DNA of 64,000 nucleotides from an uncultured Bacilli bacterium (GTDB lineage Bacteria; Bacillota_I; Bacilli_A; ML615J-28; CAG-313): NCBI GenBank assembly GCA_949879765.1, contig CATLBQ010000007.1, positions 2,266 to 66,265 of the forward strand, read 5' to 3'. Shown piece by piece: positions 61,264 to 64,000 of this stretch (position 1 is its first letter; each line of letters starts with the position of its first letter). The notes under the pieces were generated by a model. It saw only the letters and a program-made list of their open reading frames with translations, ran no database searches and was not told where the DNA came from. The position numbers and the translations under genes were made by a program.

Positions 61264-63184
61264 CTGTATTCACCTGTTTGATATTCTCGCCAATGGCAAG
61301 AGCAGTTTTCACAATCTGTCCTGTTATTTCTAATGTAATATCACTTTGAATATGATTATTAAAAAACATAATACTTCCCCCATCTACGTCCATTTGGACG
61401 GTTTTCCCATCTAAATCATTGATAATCCACTTACCATTTGTGGTTTTCGTTGTCGTTTCTGAAATGGTATTTTGAGTCATCTCGATGGTTGTTTTTTGAA
61501 CTGTACTATGAAAACTTTTCATAGTTGATTCAAGTATTTCTACCTTACCACTTTTTAAAGTTGCTTCCACCACACAAGCGCTCACAAATGCATTGTATGC
61601 ATCTATCTTTTGTTGTACTTTTTCATCTTCAGAAGTTGCTGTAGTATTTTGACCCAATTGATGCATATATACCGTTGTATGTTCTGTAGAGAGTTGATAT
61701 AACTTGGTTTTTAAACAATTGATTTGAACAATATCTGCTTGAAAGGTACCTTCAACTTTTTCTTCTACAATAATCCGGTCTAAATTGATTTTGGTATTGC
61801 CATTTCCAATCAGTACAAGATGCTGGAAAGATGAATCTTGAAAATAATCTTCTGAAACCCGGCTTGAAAAAGTAAGCGTACTCGCTTCGATTCGGTTCAA
61901 AGCAGATTTAGCTGACTCATTGTTAATTTGGCCACTTTCAAAATGAACATCTTCTAATACCAATGTACCTAAGTGATTTTGAATATGGATATTTTGATAC
62001 GTATCTTTCACACCATAATATTTTCCAGACTCTAACTTTATGTCTAAATTTGTAATTTTATTTTCTTCAAAGGCACTCGTTAAACCATACCCATCAATCG
62101 TACATGTATCAAATGTCGATCGAGTGATTGCCACGGTTCCTTTTGCCCCTCGAATCTTTAAACTTCCTCCTTGATGGTAATCCACAATATCTAAAATGCC
62201 ATCATTTAAAGCAATATCTAAGCTTTCAACCATCATTGTCTTTGGAATACTGATTTTAATAACGGGTCTTGGTTCATCCAGAAGTCCTAAGACATCAAAT
62301 GTATCTACATATAGTGGAGCAATATGTAACGTTCCTTCCGTTATGTCATATTTTACATCTTTAGCAAATTCAGCTGTATATTCAATTTGGATATGTGGTA
62401 ATCTATCGCTTTCTACAATTTGAATGAAAGAAGCACTACTTGGCATAACAATTTGCTTCACTTCTTCTTGAATTTCAATTTTTTGCGTATTGTCTGCTTC
62501 ATCATGAAAAGACCGGTAGATATATCCTTTGCTAGCATAACTGGTTATACCAAACCCAAGCCAGACCAAAGCAATTACACCTATACTTTTTAATACCAAT
62601 TTATTCTTATGTGTACATGTATCTAGGAAAGAACTGATTGTAAAATCCATAAAAGCATATTCTTTTTCTTCCTTCTTCACAATCCACAAGACATCTTGAA
62701 GAAAGTGCATGGTCATAATATAAAATAAATCAAAAATATAGATATAGATGCCTATCAATATTCCCATATAACAAAGACAAAATGAAATCAGTAAAGCAGT
62801 ATCAATGAAGGAAAAAAAGGAAAAAGATTTTCCAATCAACACCCCTAATTGAATGATATACCGAATCACAAAATATGAAACAACAAAAAAAGCACTGACG
62901 ATCAGAAAAAGAATCAAGATACTTACAATACTACTGATAATCCGTTTTCGTTTTAACTCTTTTTTTCGTTTATTGACATATTCAATTCCCTTAGATGCAT
63001 ATATTTCTTCCGCAATTTTCTTAGGTTCTGGTAAAGTCGCCATCACCTTTTGCAAGCTTTCCCCATAGTCTAGTGCTACATTAATTTTATCACGATAATG
63101 CTTTAACACTTGACTCGCATCTTTGGCATTTAAATATTTTAGTTCTTCTTCTAATTCTCCTAAAAATTCTGCTTGTGTTCTCAT
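61253..63184 (-). CDS. DUF1700 (HAAS) membrane protein fused to a DUF4097-type beta-strand repeat domain
   Basis: EFLGELEEELKYL..HYRDKI..GES..LPEPKKIAEEI; 3-4 TM helices; beta-repeat C-terminal half. Confidence 0.75.
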   Translation of the reverse strand: MRTQAEFLGELEEELKYLNAKDASQVLKHYRDKINVALDYGESLQKVMATLPEPKKIAEEIYASKGIEYVNKRKKELKRKRIISSIVSILILFLIVSAFFVVSYFVIRYIIQLGVLIGKSFSFFSFIDTALLISFCLCYMGILIGIYIYIFDLFYIMTMHFLQDVLWIVKKEEKEYAFMDFTISSFLDTCTHKNKLVLKSIGVIALVWLGFGITSYASKGYIYRSFHDEADNTQKIEIQEEVKQIVMPSSASFIQIVESDRLPHIQIEYTAEFAKDVKYDITEGTLHIAPLYVDTFDVLGLLDEPRPVIKISIPKTMMVESLDIALNDGILDIVDYHQGGSLKIRGAKGTVAITRSTFDTCTIDGYGLTSAFEENKITNLDIKLESGKYYGVKDTYQNIHIQNHLGTLVLEDVHFESGQINNESAKSALNRIEASTLTFSSRVSEDYFQDSSFQHLVLIGNGNTKINLDRIIVEEKVEGTFQADIVQINCLKTKLYQLSTEHTTVYMHQLGQNTTATSEDEKVQQKIDAYNAFVSACVVEATLKSGKVEILESTMKSFHSTVQKTTIEMTQNTISETTTKTTNGKWIINDLDGKTVQMDVDGGSIMFFNNHIQSDITLEITGQIVKTALAIGENIKQVNTDEA

Positions 63185-63269
63185 ATGTACTCCTTTCATT
63201 GTCTCGTTTCTTATTGAATTTATTATACCACAGGAATCAAATTTTATCAAAAGAAAACACATAGATAAG

Positions 63270-63318
63270 AAAAAAGAGTTAGTATTCTACAATGAAAGCC
63301 ATTTCTACTAACTCTTAT
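63270..63318 (-). terminator. Terminator-like hairpin
   Basis: aagagttagta...tactaactctt. Confidence 0.5.
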
Positions 63319-63346
63319 CACTCTATTTTTTATTCTTTTGCATCAT

Positions 63347-63746
63347 CTATCGATACCAACCAAAGCATAACTTTTTATAAATCTGATATGCTTAGTCTTC
63401 ATATTCATCCTTTCATATACCATCCGAATTGAAGCATTCTTTGTCTATCCTCATTTCATATACCGCATATACATTATAAAATAATCCCACATATTTTTGC
63501 TACCCCCGTCTTTATAAGTCTTAGTATGAAGAGCAAAAATAGGGACTTGATTTTGTTTTGCTCTTACAGAATCAGTACGTATATTTTCTTTCAATATATT
63601 TAAATCGCTAATATTAAAATCACATATTGTTTCTCTTGAAAAACTTATATTTTTTTGAGCATTTGCACTACTTCCAGTACAAATACCTAAAATTATTAAC
63701 AATATACCAAAAATATATAATTCTTTTTTTAACTAATTTTATCATT
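63347..63746 (-). pseudogene. Frameshifted remnant of a small exported hypothetical protein
   Basis: The signal-like start is out of frame at an A7 run; YKDGGSK//YVGLFYNVY continues in another frame, followed by stops. Confidence 0.45.
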
Positions 63747-63752
63747 GTATTT

Positions 63753-64000
63753 TTATTTGTTTCCTCTCCATACTAATATTATTTCATTATTATGTGAATA
63801 TTCAAATCTATATCCCGCTACTGTTTCATTTCTTATCATATCTTGAACTAAAGAACGCTTATAATCTATCATTAAAACTACTACATTGTCATATGTTCCT
63901 AAGTGTTTTTTTATTATTACCTCTTGTTCATCTATGTTTTCACGTGGATATGTTCTTTTATAATCTTCAACAATTTTTTCTAATAATTGTTTATCAAGGC
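63753..64000 (-). CDS. C-terminal part of a hypothetical protein entering from the right edge
   Basis: Open frame LDKQLLEKIVEDYK..HLGTYDNVVVLMI..VAGYRFEYSHNNEIILVWRGNK*. Confidence 0.65.
   Translation of the reverse strand, partial: LDKQLLEKIVEDYKRTYPRENIDEQEVIIKKHLGTYDNVVVLMIDYKRSLVQDMIRNETVAGYRFEYSHNNEIILVWRGNK

Noticed and set aside
1-64000. CRISPR array, rRNA, intact transposase or integrase
   Set aside because: No regularly spaced repeats, rRNA-like sequence or DDE/tyrosine/serine recombinase ORFs seen

Overview
Low-GC chromosomal window from a Bacillota/Bacilli-type bacterium. It uses the standard code and has near-consensus sigmaA promoters and strong SD sequences; taxonomy cannot be fixed from this window. 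Almost all genes lie on the minus strand, probably the leading strand. 1-6.8 kb is a decaying polymorphic-toxin region: an Rhs/YD-repeat gene broken by one in-frame TAA, preceded by a gene fusing a pseudo-Fic domain to a minimal nucleotidyltransferase, plus a frameshifted YwqJ-type deaminase toxin tip (not in the ORF track) with an intact SUKH-3/barstar-like immunity gene. 6.8-21.7 kb holds rsuA, a surface GHL10 hydrolase, tspO, a multi-OB-fold lipoprotein, two aminopeptidases, an ABC-F protein and rpmE. 21.8-37.8 kb is a tandem pair of paralogous membrane-anchored helical-repeat proteins (4247 aa and 1001 aa, CvpA-like N-termini) next to murA. 39-64 kb holds aspA, degV/TetR, an ECF sigma/anti-sigma/Glu-type subtilase module beside tRNA-Gly(GCC), yebC, a degenerate cGAS/OAS-like nucleotidyltransferase fused to an RNase H-like domain and coupled to a PHP phosphatase, typA, a peptidoglycan-turnover cluster, trkAH, glyA and a DUF1700/DUF4097 protein. 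The best candidates for undescribed biology are the giant helical-repeat pair, the PHP plus pseudo-CD-NTase-RNaseH pair, and the pseudoFic-MNT/Rhs operon. All family calls come from recognising motifs by eye; no searches were run.
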